Shown here in pieces: positions 30,944-39,452 of a DNA stretch of 64,000 nucleotides. The DNA comes from Spirochaetia bacterium (lineage in GTDB: Bacteria; Spirochaetota; Spirochaetia; SZUA-6; Bin103): positions 544,001 to 608,000 of the forward strand of contig CBDBOV010000005.1 of NCBI GenBank assembly GCA_965208575.1, read 5' to 3'. Numbering within the stretch: the stretch's first letter is position 1; the number at the start of each line of letters is the position of its first letter. The notes under the pieces are model-generated. The model was not told the origin of the DNA. It searched no databases and saw nothing but the letters and a program-made list of their open reading frames with translations. Made by a program: the position numbers and the translations under genes.

Positions 30944-32131
30944 GTGGTGTCCACGAGATGGCGGATGCTGGCCCTGGGCTGGCTGGCGTACTGCGCGTTC
31001 GGCATGGCCGTCGGGTCCCTTGCGCCGCTGGTGTCGCCCATCATGGGCGACCTGGGCCTGTCGAGCGCGCGCATGGGGCTGGTACTGGGAGTCTGGCAAC
31101 TGGTCTACGTGTTCACCGCCATACCCCTCGGCGTAGCGGTTGACCGGCTGGGGGTGCGCCGCTCCATCGCGCTGGCGCTGGCGGTGATCATCCTGTCGCT
31201 GGTGCTGCGCGCCGCGGCGACCTCGTTCTGGACGCTCCTGGCCTCGGTGGCGCTGTTCGGGGTCGGCGGGCCGGTGGTGTCGATCGGCGTGCCCAAGATC
31301 GTGGCCGAGTGGTTCCCGCCGCGCGAGCGCGGGAGCGCCGCCGGGTTCTACACCACCGCTCCCACCATCGGCGCCGTCGTCGTGCTGGCCACCGCGGCCG
31401 GCGTCCTGCTGCGCCTGGTCGGGTCGTGGCGCCTGGTGATGCTGGTGTTTGCCGTGGCCGGAGTCGGCGCGCTGCTGCTGTGGACCCTCGGCTATCGCGA
31501 TCCGCCGGCGGGCGGCACTTCGGCCGCGCGCCCGGCGCCGGTGGCGCGGGTGCGCGGCAGGTGGCTGGTGCTGCTGCGCGAGCGCAACATGCGCCTGCTG
31601 CTGGTGCTGGCCGTGGGCACGTTCGCGGTGAACCACGGCCTGAACGCATGGCAGCCCACCTACCTCGAAGAGGCGGGCTTCACCTTGGCGGCCGCCGGGA
31701 GATGGACCGCGGTCGGCACCCTGTGCGGCCTGCTGACCGCGCTGATCGTACCCGGCCTGTCACGCCCCGGCGCGCGCCGCATCGCCCTGGCGGCGCTGCT
31801 GCTGGCCGGGGCAGCCGGCCTGGCCGGCATGACGGTTCTGGACGCCGGGCCGTTGCTCGCCGCGTCCTGGGTCACCGCCATGGCGCGCGCTCCGGTTCTT
31901 CCGCTGATGATGCTGCTGCTGATGGAGCAGCCCGGCGTCGGTGCCCGCCACCTCGGGCTGGGTGCCGGCCTGCTGTTCGCGGCGGCCGAGATCGGCGGCT
32001 TTGGAGGTCCGGCGCTGCTCGGCGCGGTACGCGACCTGGCCGGCGGCCTGGCACCGAGCATGCTCGGCATGGCGCTGGTGTCGTTGCTGATGGTGGCGAT
32101 CATCGTGCGCGTGCGCGAGTCCACCGAGTAG
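30944..32131 (+). CDS. MFS transporter (CynX/NimT-like)
   Basis: About 12 TM segments; GVAVDRLGVRR motif A; EWFPPRERG. Confidence 0.9.
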   Translation: MVSTRWRMLALGWLAYCAFGMAVGSLAPLVSPIMGDLGLSSARMGLVLGVWQLVYVFTAIPLGVAVDRLGVRRSIALALAVIILSLVLRAAATSFWTLLASVALFGVGGPVVSIGVPKIVAEWFPPRERGSAAGFYTTAPTIGAVVVLATAAGVLLRLVGSWRLVMLVFAVAGVGALLLWTLGYRDPPAGGTSAARPAPVARVRGRWLVLLRERNMRLLLVLAVGTFAVNHGLNAWQPTYLEEAGFTLAAAGRWTAVGTLCGLLTALIVPGLSRPGARRIALAALLLAGAAGLAGMTVLDAGPLLAASWVTAMARAPVLPLMMLLLMEQPGVGARHLGLGAGLLFAAAEIGGFGGPALLGAVRDLAGGLAPSMLGMALVSLLMVAIIVRVRESTE

Positions 32132-32178
32132 CAGCCCTCGGCGAGACCTCGGCTGCGGCCGCACGGCCCTGCGGAGGG

Positions 32179-33081
32179 TCAGGCCGACCGCTCCCGCGGA
32201 ACGCCGCGCCCCTTGTCGTCGGCAAGCTTGCGCACGGCTGCCAGAAAAGTTCGGCTGACCGGCACTTCCGTTCCACCGGTGACCTGCACCACGGTGCGCC
32301 CATCGCGTCGGAACACCTCGGCGACGTGGCGGCTGGCGACCCAGAACGACCGGTGTACCTGCAGCCCGAGGTCGCCAAGCTCCGCGACGGCGTCGGCGAG
32401 GCGCATGAGGACGGCGGCCGATCCGGCCGTGGTAATCACGTTTATGTAGTGGCCGTTCACCTTCAGATAGACGACATCGCGGCCTACTTCTTCCGGCAGG
32501 CGGTCCAGAAAACGACCCGACAGTGTCGGCTCGATCACGGCCGAGCCGGTCGTTTCGGAGCGCCCTTCGTGCAGCGCCCTGAGCTTCGCGAGCTGCACGG
32601 CGAGGTAGTGGATCAAGCCGAAGTGAACGACCGACGCGACGGCGGCGCGCACGTAGAACAGCGGCCACCCCGGCGGCGGCGGCCCGTGCGGCCTCATCAA
32701 CCCGTAGAGCGCGTACGCCACGGTCGCGATGTTTGCGGCGACGTACAGGCCCGCTGCCAACGACGCCAGGGCCAGGTGCACGGGACGACCGCGGCGCAGG
32801 CAGTAGAGCAATGCCATCGCCGTGCAGTGGCCGAGCGGCCAGGCGAGGGCGCCAATCAGTCCAAAGTACGCCGTCCGCTGCAGAGGGTCGGCAAGCAGGT
32901 CCGAGCCGGGGCCTGCCACCGTAAAGAACAGGACGAACGCACACGAGATAGCAAGCGAGACGAGCAGCAGGCGCGCTTCGCACAGCTCGCGGTAGGCGAA
33001 CTCCAGACCCGACCGCGGATGAGAAGAAGACGAGGAAGCGGCAGCGGTAGACGCCCCGCCCGACCTAGCGACGAATGCCAA
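32179..33081 (-). CDS. Membrane-anchored LytTR DNA-binding domain protein
   Basis: Four TM segments, then YLKVNGHYI, LMRLADAVAEL..GLQVHRSFWVA, VPVSR. Confidence 0.85.
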   Translation of the reverse strand: MAFVARSGGASTAAASSSSSHPRSGLEFAYRELCEARLLLVSLAISCAFVLFFTVAGPGSDLLADPLQRTAYFGLIGALAWPLGHCTAMALLYCLRRGRPVHLALASLAAGLYVAANIATVAYALYGLMRPHGPPPPGWPLFYVRAAVASVVHFGLIHYLAVQLAKLRALHEGRSETTGSAVIEPTLSGRFLDRLPEEVGRDVVYLKVNGHYINVITTAGSAAVLMRLADAVAELGDLGLQVHRSFWVASRHVAEVFRRDGRTVVQVTGGTEVPVSRTFLAAVRKLADDKGRGVPRERSA

Positions 33082-33422
33082 CCGCGGGTCCCCACGTTTC
33101 GGGAAGCATGAGTGCTTTGTTCCGGTCGTCCGGGAAAACCCCGCAGGAGAACGTTTTCGTGCCGTCCAACTTCTTCGGACGATTGTAAAAGCAGACTAGT
33201 GAACGATGCCGCATGAGCCTTCTTCCATCGCAAGTATATCACGTTGCGGGAAAGACGGCACGAAGTTGAAGCGGATGGGCGCGGCTGCGCAAGAATCCGG
33301 TACCGAACCGATACTGATAACGGTCCTTCAATATCATCTGCAGCGGCATCTTTCGGAATACGGAACGGGCGTCCGATATTCCGTTCGTGCGCGGTCGCGG
33401 TCGCGGACGGCGGGCAGCGCGG

Positions 33423-35093
33423 TCAGCGCGGTCGAGGCGGGTACTCCCCGATCGGGTGGAGTGCGTTCAGGTCGATGTCGAGGAGGACCGGGCCGTCCGC
33501 CTCCGCCGCCGCTCGAAAAGCAGCCCGGAATTGGTCGACGCCGGCAACCGCGCGCGCCTCCACGCCCATGCTGTGAGCGAGGGCGGGGAAGTCGGGAGTG
33601 GCCAGGTCGACACCGAACGTGCGCCCGCCGAAGCGCGCCTGCTCGATGCGGCGCAGCACCCCGTAACCGCCGTCGTTGAACAGGCAGATGGTGACCGGCA
33701 GCCGGTACTGAGCCGCCACTGCCAGTTCGCCCACGTGCAGCATGAAGCCGCCGTCGCCGGCGATCAGCACGGTGCGGCGGCCGGTGGCGACGGCGGCGCC
33801 GATGGCCAGCGGCAGCCCCGGCCCGATGGCGCCGGCGGTCGGATGCATCGAGGTACGCGGCTCCACGATCGGGAGCATCTGGTTGGCCCACAGGTAGGCG
33901 GGCACCGTGCTGTCGCGTACCAGGCGGGTGTCGGGCGCCGCCGCCGCGCGAATCTCCTCCATGATCGCGAAGTGGTCCGGGCCAACCAGGTCGCGCAACC
34001 GTCCCTGCACGGTCTCGCGCGCCGCCAGGGCGCGCGCCGCCCATGCCTGCCGTTCACGCGTGACGGCAGGGTCGGCACGGCCGGCGAGTGCGTCGGCGAG
34101 TGCGGCCAGACCGTCCGCGGCGTCCGCCACCAGCGCCAGTTCCGCCGGGTTGACGCGGTGTATCACGCCGGCGTCGGCATCGAGGTGGACCAGCTTGCCG
34201 CCGAGCGGTGCGTAATTGCGCGCCTCGGAACCCACCTGCAGGCGCGTGCCGACCGCCAGCACCACGTCCGCCTGCTCGCGCAGCGCGCGAATCTCCGGGT
34301 GGTAGACCACGTTGCCGAGGCACAGCGGGTGGTCGTCGGGCAGGCCGCCGCGGCCGTTGGCGCTCAGCAGCACCGGCGCACCGAGCAACTCGGCCAGCGC
34401 GCACAGCTCGGCGGAGGCCCCGGCCGGCCGCTGTGCACCGCCGCTGCGCAGCACGCCGCCGCCGGCGATGATGAGCGGCCGCGTCGCGCCGGCCAGCAGC
34501 TCGGCGGCCGCCTTCACCGCCGCGGCGTCCGGCCGCACCGGGTCGGGCACCGGCATCGCGGCCTGCTCCGCGGGGGTGGTTTCGCGGTCGGCGTATTGCA
34601 GGTCGATCGGGATCTCGACGCTGCCGGGCTGCGGGCGGCCGGTCAGAATATCCTCGACGGCACGCATCAGCGCGGGGGCAATCTGCTCGCGCAGGCGCAC
34701 GGTCTCGACCCGCCGGCACACCGCCGCGAGCATCGCCGCCTGGTTGTCCGCCTCGTGCACGAAGCCGCGCCCCTTGCCGAGGTTGGGCGTGTCGGCCTGG
34801 CCGGTGATCATCAGCACCGGCGACGAGGCGAACCCGGCCTCGTACAGCCCGGGCACGCAATTGGCGGCGCCGGGGCCGGTGCTGGCCACCGCAACGCCGA
34901 GCCGGCCGCTGGCGCGCGCATAGCCGTCGGCGGCATGGACGGCGGCCTGCTCGTGGCGCATCGCCACCGGCGTAATTCTGCCGCCCCGTTCGATGGCGTC
35001 GTAAATCGGCAGATTGTGGACGCTCACCACGCCGAACACGTGGCTGACTCCGGCCCGCACCAGGACCTCGTGAACTACCTCGCCTCCAGTCAT
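33423..35093 (-). CDS. Thiamine-pyrophosphate-dependent enzyme (acetolactate-synthase-like family)
   Basis: RHEQAA..AADGYAR, STGPGAAN, GDGGF..ELA..FNDGGYG. Confidence 0.92.
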   Translation of the reverse strand: MTGGEVVHEVLVRAGVSHVFGVVSVHNLPIYDAIERGGRITPVAMRHEQAAVHAADGYARASGRLGVAVASTGPGAANCVPGLYEAGFASSPVLMITGQADTPNLGKGRGFVHEADNQAAMLAAVCRRVETVRLREQIAPALMRAVEDILTGRPQPGSVEIPIDLQYADRETTPAEQAAMPVPDPVRPDAAAVKAAAELLAGATRPLIIAGGGVLRSGGAQRPAGASAELCALAELLGAPVLLSANGRGGLPDDHPLCLGNVVYHPEIRALREQADVVLAVGTRLQVGSEARNYAPLGGKLVHLDADAGVIHRVNPAELALVADAADGLAALADALAGRADPAVTRERQAWAARALAARETVQGRLRDLVGPDHFAIMEEIRAAAAPDTRLVRDSTVPAYLWANQMLPIVEPRTSMHPTAGAIGPGLPLAIGAAVATGRRTVLIAGDGGFMLHVGELAVAAQYRLPVTICLFNDGGYGVLRRIEQARFGGRTFGVDLATPDFPALAHSMGVEARAVAGVDQFRAAFRAAAEADGPVLLDIDLNALHPIGEYPPRPR

Positions 35094-35230
35094 CGGCTTA
35101 TCGTAACCCGAATCGCTGCCGATTCTCACTAGGTCGGACGCGGCCGGCGCGGCCGGCCCGCGGCCGGCTCCCGGGAGCGGACGGCGCGGGCGGCAACGGG
35201 CGGGCGACGGCGCCCAGCCTGTGCCCAACC

Positions 35231-35260
35231 TTGACATCCCATTGACCGCGCCGGTAGCGT
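35231..35260 (+). promoter_or_regulatory. Putative promoter of the ku operon
   Basis: TTGACA-18-TAGCGT, then a GGAGG SD and the GTG at 35281. Confidence 0.5.
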
Positions 35261-35280
35261 TCGATGCACGGAGGAAAGCG

Positions 35281-36171
35281 GTGGCGCCACGTTCCAACTG
35301 GAAGGGATTCGTTCAGCTCAGCCTGGTTTCGGTGCCGGTAAAGGCGTATACCGCCAACGACACCAGTGCCCAGATCCGGCTCAATCAGTTGCACCGCGAG
35401 TGCAACAGCCGCATCGCGTACAAGAAGGTGTGTCCGGAGCACGGCGAGGTGGGCAACGATCAGATCGTGCGCGGCTACGAGCACGCCAAGGGCAAGTACG
35501 TGGTGATTGACGATGACGAGCTCGACAAGCTGCGCACCAAGAGCGACCGGTGCGTCAACATCGAGGGGTTCGTGGCGCCGGAAGAGGTCGATCCGATCTA
35601 TCACGCCGGGCGCACCTACTACCTGCTGCCCGACGGGGCGGTGGGACAGAAGCCCTACCGCCTGCTGGTACGCGGCATGGAGGAGAACGGCGTGAACGCC
35701 GTTGCCCAGGTGGTGATCGCCCAGCGCGAGCAGCTCGTGCTGCTGCGCCCCTACGACGGCATTCTCGCCATGACCATCCTCAACCACCAGGCCAAGGTGA
35801 AGTCCTCCGGCGCCTACCGGGACGAGGTCGCCGACGACGAGTGCAGCGCCGAGGAGCTGCAACTCGCCGGTACGCTGATCAACGCATCCCGCATCCAGGA
35901 CTTCGACTACGGCAAGTACGCCGACCGTTACGTCGAGAAGCTGTCCGATCTGATTCGCCTCAAGGTGGAGGGCGCTGAGGTGGTGCAGACGCCCGATACC
36001 GAGGCGCCGCAGATCATCAACCTCATGGAAGCACTGAAGCAGAGCGTCGCCGCGGCGCAGGGAGCCGCCGCCGAGGCGGGCGGCAAGAAGCAGGCGCCGA
36101 GCGCCAAGACCCGGCGCCAGGACCAGGCCGACGACGAGTCCGAGGCCGGCGACAAGCGCAAGGCCGGTTGA
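35281..36171 (+). CDS. ku: NHEJ Ku protein
   Basis: RSNWKGFVQLSLVSVPVKAY, LNQLH, IVRGYE, YYLLP, D.Y.EKL.DLI..K, IINLMEALKQS. Confidence 0.96.
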   Translation: MAPRSNWKGFVQLSLVSVPVKAYTANDTSAQIRLNQLHRECNSRIAYKKVCPEHGEVGNDQIVRGYEHAKGKYVVIDDDELDKLRTKSDRCVNIEGFVAPEEVDPIYHAGRTYYLLPDGAVGQKPYRLLVRGMEENGVNAVAQVVIAQREQLVLLRPYDGILAMTILNHQAKVKSSGAYRDEVADDECSAEELQLAGTLINASRIQDFDYGKYADRYVEKLSDLIRLKVEGAEVVQTPDTEAPQIINLMEALKQSVAAAQGAAAEAGGKKQAPSAKTRRQDQADDESEAGDKRKAG

Positions 36172-37133
36172 GCCGCGGAGCCGGGACCATAACCGCTGCC
36201 AACCTGCCGGCCCGCTTCGCGCCGATGCTGGCCACGTCGGGCTCACCGTTCGACTCCGACCGCCACCTGTTCGAGGTGAAGTGGGACGGTATCCGCGCCG
36301 TCACGATGGTGGATCCGCACGGTGTGCGCATGCTGAGCCGCCGCGGCAGCGACCTCACCGGCAACTACCCTGAGCTGGCCGTGCTGGAGCGGCTGCCGCC
36401 GGGCACGGTGGTGGACGGGGAGATCGTGGTGCTCAACGAGGGCCGGCCCGACTTCGAGTTCGCCCTGCGCCGTGACCGCCGCGGCTCGGGGGCGCCGGAC
36501 GGCACCGGGCAACCCGCCGCCTACCTGGTGTTCGACCTCATGTATCTCGGCTTCGCACCCACCATGGATCGGCCCCTGCAGGAACGCCGCAAGCCGCTCG
36601 CGGAACTGGTCGGCGCCTGCCGGTCGGACCACGTCGTTCTTTCCGAGGGCATCGTCGGCGCCGGCGTCCGGTTCTACGGCGAGGTGTGCGAGCGCGCCAT
36701 GGAAGGGGTCATGGCGAAGCGGCTCGACAGCCGCTACCTGGCGGGGAGACGCTCCGACGCGTGGGTGAAGATCAAACGCCGTGTCAGTTATCATTGCCTG
36801 GTGCTGGGTTTCATCGCCAAGGAAGGGCGCGACTTCCAGAGCCTGGCGGTGGCCACCGAGCGAGAGCCGGGGGCCGGGCTGCGCTACGCCGGCCGCGTGG
36901 GCGGCGGGTTCGATGCGGCCGAACGGGCCGAGCTCAACGACCTGCTGCGCCGCCACCGTTGCGACGAGCCGCTGCTGCCGCTGCCCGGCGACCGCTCGGC
37001 GCGCGACCAGCTCGACCAGGTGTGCTGGGTCGAGCCGGTGTTGTTCTGCGTCGTATCCTGCCTGGAAATGACCGCCGGCGGCATGCTGCGCGCGCCGGTG
37101 TTCGAACGGCTGGTACGGGAGGGCGAGGCGTGA
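36168..37133 (+). CDS. Stand-alone ATP-dependent DNA ligase (LigC / LigD-ligase type), catalytically intact
   Basis: Motif I EVKWDGIR, III DGEIV, IIIa FDLMY, IV EGVMAKR, V WVKIK; OB domain ending LRAPVF. Confidence 0.93.
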   Translation: MSRGAGTITAANLPARFAPMLATSGSPFDSDRHLFEVKWDGIRAVTMVDPHGVRMLSRRGSDLTGNYPELAVLERLPPGTVVDGEIVVLNEGRPDFEFALRRDRRGSGAPDGTGQPAAYLVFDLMYLGFAPTMDRPLQERRKPLAELVGACRSDHVVLSEGIVGAGVRFYGEVCERAMEGVMAKRLDSRYLAGRRSDAWVKIKRRVSYHCLVLGFIAKEGRDFQSLAVATEREPGAGLRYAGRVGGGFDAAERAELNDLLRRHRCDEPLLPLPGDRSARDQLDQVCWVEPVLFCVVSCLEMTAGGMLRAPVFERLVREGEA

Positions 37134-38485
37134 GCGAGGCGATGGAGGTGACGTTTGCCGGCCGGCTGGCGTCGATGACGCAGCGCGAGGCCGCCGAACG
37201 GGTCGGTGCGGCCGGCGGCCGCGTGGTGCGCGAGCCGAGCGTGCGCACCGATTACCTGGTCGTGGGGCACGGTGCCTGGCCGCTCGGCAGCGACGGCCTC
37301 CCGGACCGGAGCGTGCTGCGCACCCGGCGCCTGCGGGAGCAGTACCCGGACCTGGAGATCGTCTCGGAGACCACCTTCCTGGAGATGCTCGGCCTGACCG
37401 AAAAGGTGGACGACCTGCAGCGCCTGTTCACGACGGCGCAGTTGAGCCGCATCCTGGGCATCCCGGTGCCGCACATCCGTTCCTGGATGCGGCGCAAGCT
37501 GATCCGTCCGGCCAAGGTGGCGCGCCGCCTGGCCTGGTTCGACTTCCGCGAAGTGGCAATGGCGCGCGCGCTGCACACCTTGACCAGTGCCGGTGTCAGC
37601 ACGGCGCGCATCGGGCGCAGCATTCGCGATCTCGCCCAATGGCTACCCGACGCCGAGCGCATGCTCACTCAGCTCGAGACCCTGTCGCCGGACCACAAGC
37701 TGAGCATCCGGCTCACCGACGGCAGCCTGGTGGAGCCCACCGGGCAGCGGCTGTTCGACTTCCACGGCGGCGTCGCCGATCCGAGCCGGCGCACGTCGGC
37801 CGGCAACGTGTTCTCCATGGCTGCCGCCGCGGCCCCGGAGGAAGGCGCCGCGCCGCCGATCGAGTTTCCGCTCCCGTCCGGCATGCAGCCGGGCGGCAGG
37901 CAGCCGGAGGGCGAGACCGGCACGGAGGGGGCGCGCCGCGGGTCGCGCGAAGCGGGACGCGTTGTGGACCTGCAGGCGCGGGCCGGCGGCGGGCGCGGCG
38001 GCGGTCTTGCCGGGGCGAGCGCAGAGCGACTGTTCGAGCGCGCCGTCGCGGCCGAGGATGCCGGGCAGTGGAAGCTGGCGCAGCAGCTCTACGAGGGCGC
38101 CCTCGCGGCCGGCGGTCCGGATCCCGAAACCTGCTTCAATCTTGGCAACGTGCTGTACGAACTCGACCAGAAGCGCGCCGCCGCCGAGCGCTACCGGGAG
38201 GCCGTGGCCTTGGACGGCGAGTACGTGGAGTCGCTCAACAACCTCGGCAATGCCCTCGCCGAGACCGGCTGGTTGAACGATGCCGTCCACGCCTACCGCA
38301 GTGCGCTGCAACTGGAGCCCTCCTATGCGGATGCGCACAGCAACCTGGCGGAGACGCTGGTCTACCTGGGTCGCTACGACGAGGCGCGCCTGCACTGGGC
38401 AGCCTACCTTGACCTCGATCCGCACAGCTCATGGGCCGCGGCGATACGCGAGCTGCTCGAAAACCTGCCGCCAGACCGGGACTGA
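37130..38485 (+). CDS. BRCT + MerR-like HTH + TPR protein (451 aa)
   Basis: VTFAGRLASMTQREA..GG.V..TDYLVVG..IVSE..FL (BRCT); FTTAQLSRILGI....IRSW....LIRP (HTH); four TPR units at the C-terminus; GTGA overlap with the ligase. Confidence 0.85.
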   Translation: MSEAMEVTFAGRLASMTQREAAERVGAAGGRVVREPSVRTDYLVVGHGAWPLGSDGLPDRSVLRTRRLREQYPDLEIVSETTFLEMLGLTEKVDDLQRLFTTAQLSRILGIPVPHIRSWMRRKLIRPAKVARRLAWFDFREVAMARALHTLTSAGVSTARIGRSIRDLAQWLPDAERMLTQLETLSPDHKLSIRLTDGSLVEPTGQRLFDFHGGVADPSRRTSAGNVFSMAAAAAPEEGAAPPIEFPLPSGMQPGGRQPEGETGTEGARRGSREAGRVVDLQARAGGGRGGGLAGASAERLFERAVAAEDAGQWKLAQQLYEGALAAGGPDPETCFNLGNVLYELDQKRAAAERYREAVALDGEYVESLNNLGNALAETGWLNDAVHAYRSALQLEPSYADAHSNLAETLVYLGRYDEARLHWAAYLDLDPHSSWAAAIRELLENLPPDRD

Positions 38486-38486
38486 A

Positions 38487-38593
38487 CGCCCCGAAACCGC
38501 CGCCTGCGGCGACGCTTCCGGCCCAACCGGCCTGCCTAGCGCCCCGAAATCCCCGCCTGCGGCGGCGCTTCCGGCCCAACCCGGCCTACCTAG
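38487..38593. repeat. Two imperfect tandem copies of a 53/54-bp unit, each ending in CTAG
   Basis: 38487-38539 and 38540-38593 both read CGCCCCGAAA..CGCCTGCGGCG.CGCTTCCGGCCCAACC..GGCCT.CCTAG. Confidence 0.9.
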
Positions 38594-38623
38594 GAGCCTG
38601 CCGGAATCCGACAGGCTCCTAGG
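38589..38623. repeat. 35-bp near-perfect palindrome between convergent genes (possible IS-end scar or terminator)
   Basis: CCTAGGAGCCTG-CCGGAATCCGA-CAGGCTCCTAGG. Confidence 0.85.
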
Positions 38624-39401
38624 CTCGCAAGCGCAGCAGGGGGCGCGCGAACGACACCGGCAGGTAGTCCCCGGTGCGCCGCGACCTGGTGCCGGGCGTC
38701 ATGAAGTGGATGGCGAAGGCGCGCCGTTCGCGCGCGGTTTCGTTTGCGCCGGTGTAATGGAAGGTCTGGCAGTGGTGCAGCATGGCGCCGCCGGCCGGCA
38801 GCTCGATCGCCACCGCCTTGGCAGGGTCCACGCGGCTCGCGTTGTCGAGCAGCGCGTCGGTGGTGGTCGACCGGTCGTGTTCCATTGCGCCCAGATGGGA
38901 ACCGGGAATCACCTGCATCGCGCCGTTGGCCACGGTCACGTCGTCGAGGGTCAGCCAGCAGCTCACCAGGTTGGCAGGCGCGCATTGCCAGTAGGCGTTG
39001 TCCTGGTGCCAGAACACCGGTCCGCCGTGGTGCGCCGGCTTGTACAGCGCCTGGTCGTGGAACAACTGCAGGTTGGGTCCGAGCAGGTCCTCCACGCAGT
39101 CGAGGATCTGGTCGTGAAACAGCAGGCGGCGGAAGTGCAGGTTGCGCTCGCACATCTGCATGATCTGCAGCATCTGCTCCGGCGCCTCGTTCTTCTTGCG
39201 CAGGTCGTCGGTGTTGTCGATCGACAGGTTGCGGAACGCCGCACCGCCGGCGCGGGCGCGCGCGAACTCCCGGTCGTACTCGCGCCGCAGCAAGTCGAGC
39301 AGGTCATCATCGAGCAGCCGCCCGAGCCTGACGTACCCGTCGCGCTGAAACCGGCCCACCTGCTCGGCGCTGAGCCCGCGGTGCCCGTTGGCATCGCCCA
39401 T
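38619..39401 (-). CDS. Phytanoyl-CoA dioxygenase (PhyH) family Fe/2-OG oxygenase
   Basis: FQRDGY, YKP, WHQD, WLTLDD..NGAM.VIPGSH, H....N.....RRA. Confidence 0.92.
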   Translation of the reverse strand: MGDANGHRGLSAEQVGRFQRDGYVRLGRLLDDDLLDLLRREYDREFARARAGGAAFRNLSIDNTDDLRKKNEAPEQMLQIMQMCERNLHFRRLLFHDQILDCVEDLLGPNLQLFHDQALYKPAHHGGPVFWHQDNAYWQCAPANLVSCWLTLDDVTVANGAMQVIPGSHLGAMEHDRSTTTDALLDNASRVDPAKAVAIELPAGGAMLHHCQTFHYTGANETARERRAFAIHFMTPGTRSRRTGDYLPVSFARPLLRLRA

Positions 39402-39452
39402 GTTCGTTGTTGCGCCTCCCGGCGCCATTCTACCGCGGCCCGCGGATCCGCG

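Noticed and set aside
36686-37129. N-terminal extension of the 599-aa ORF
   Set aside because: Overlaps the ligase out of frame and is Arg/Gly/Ala-rich noise; the GTG at 37130 coupled to the ligase stop is the better start.
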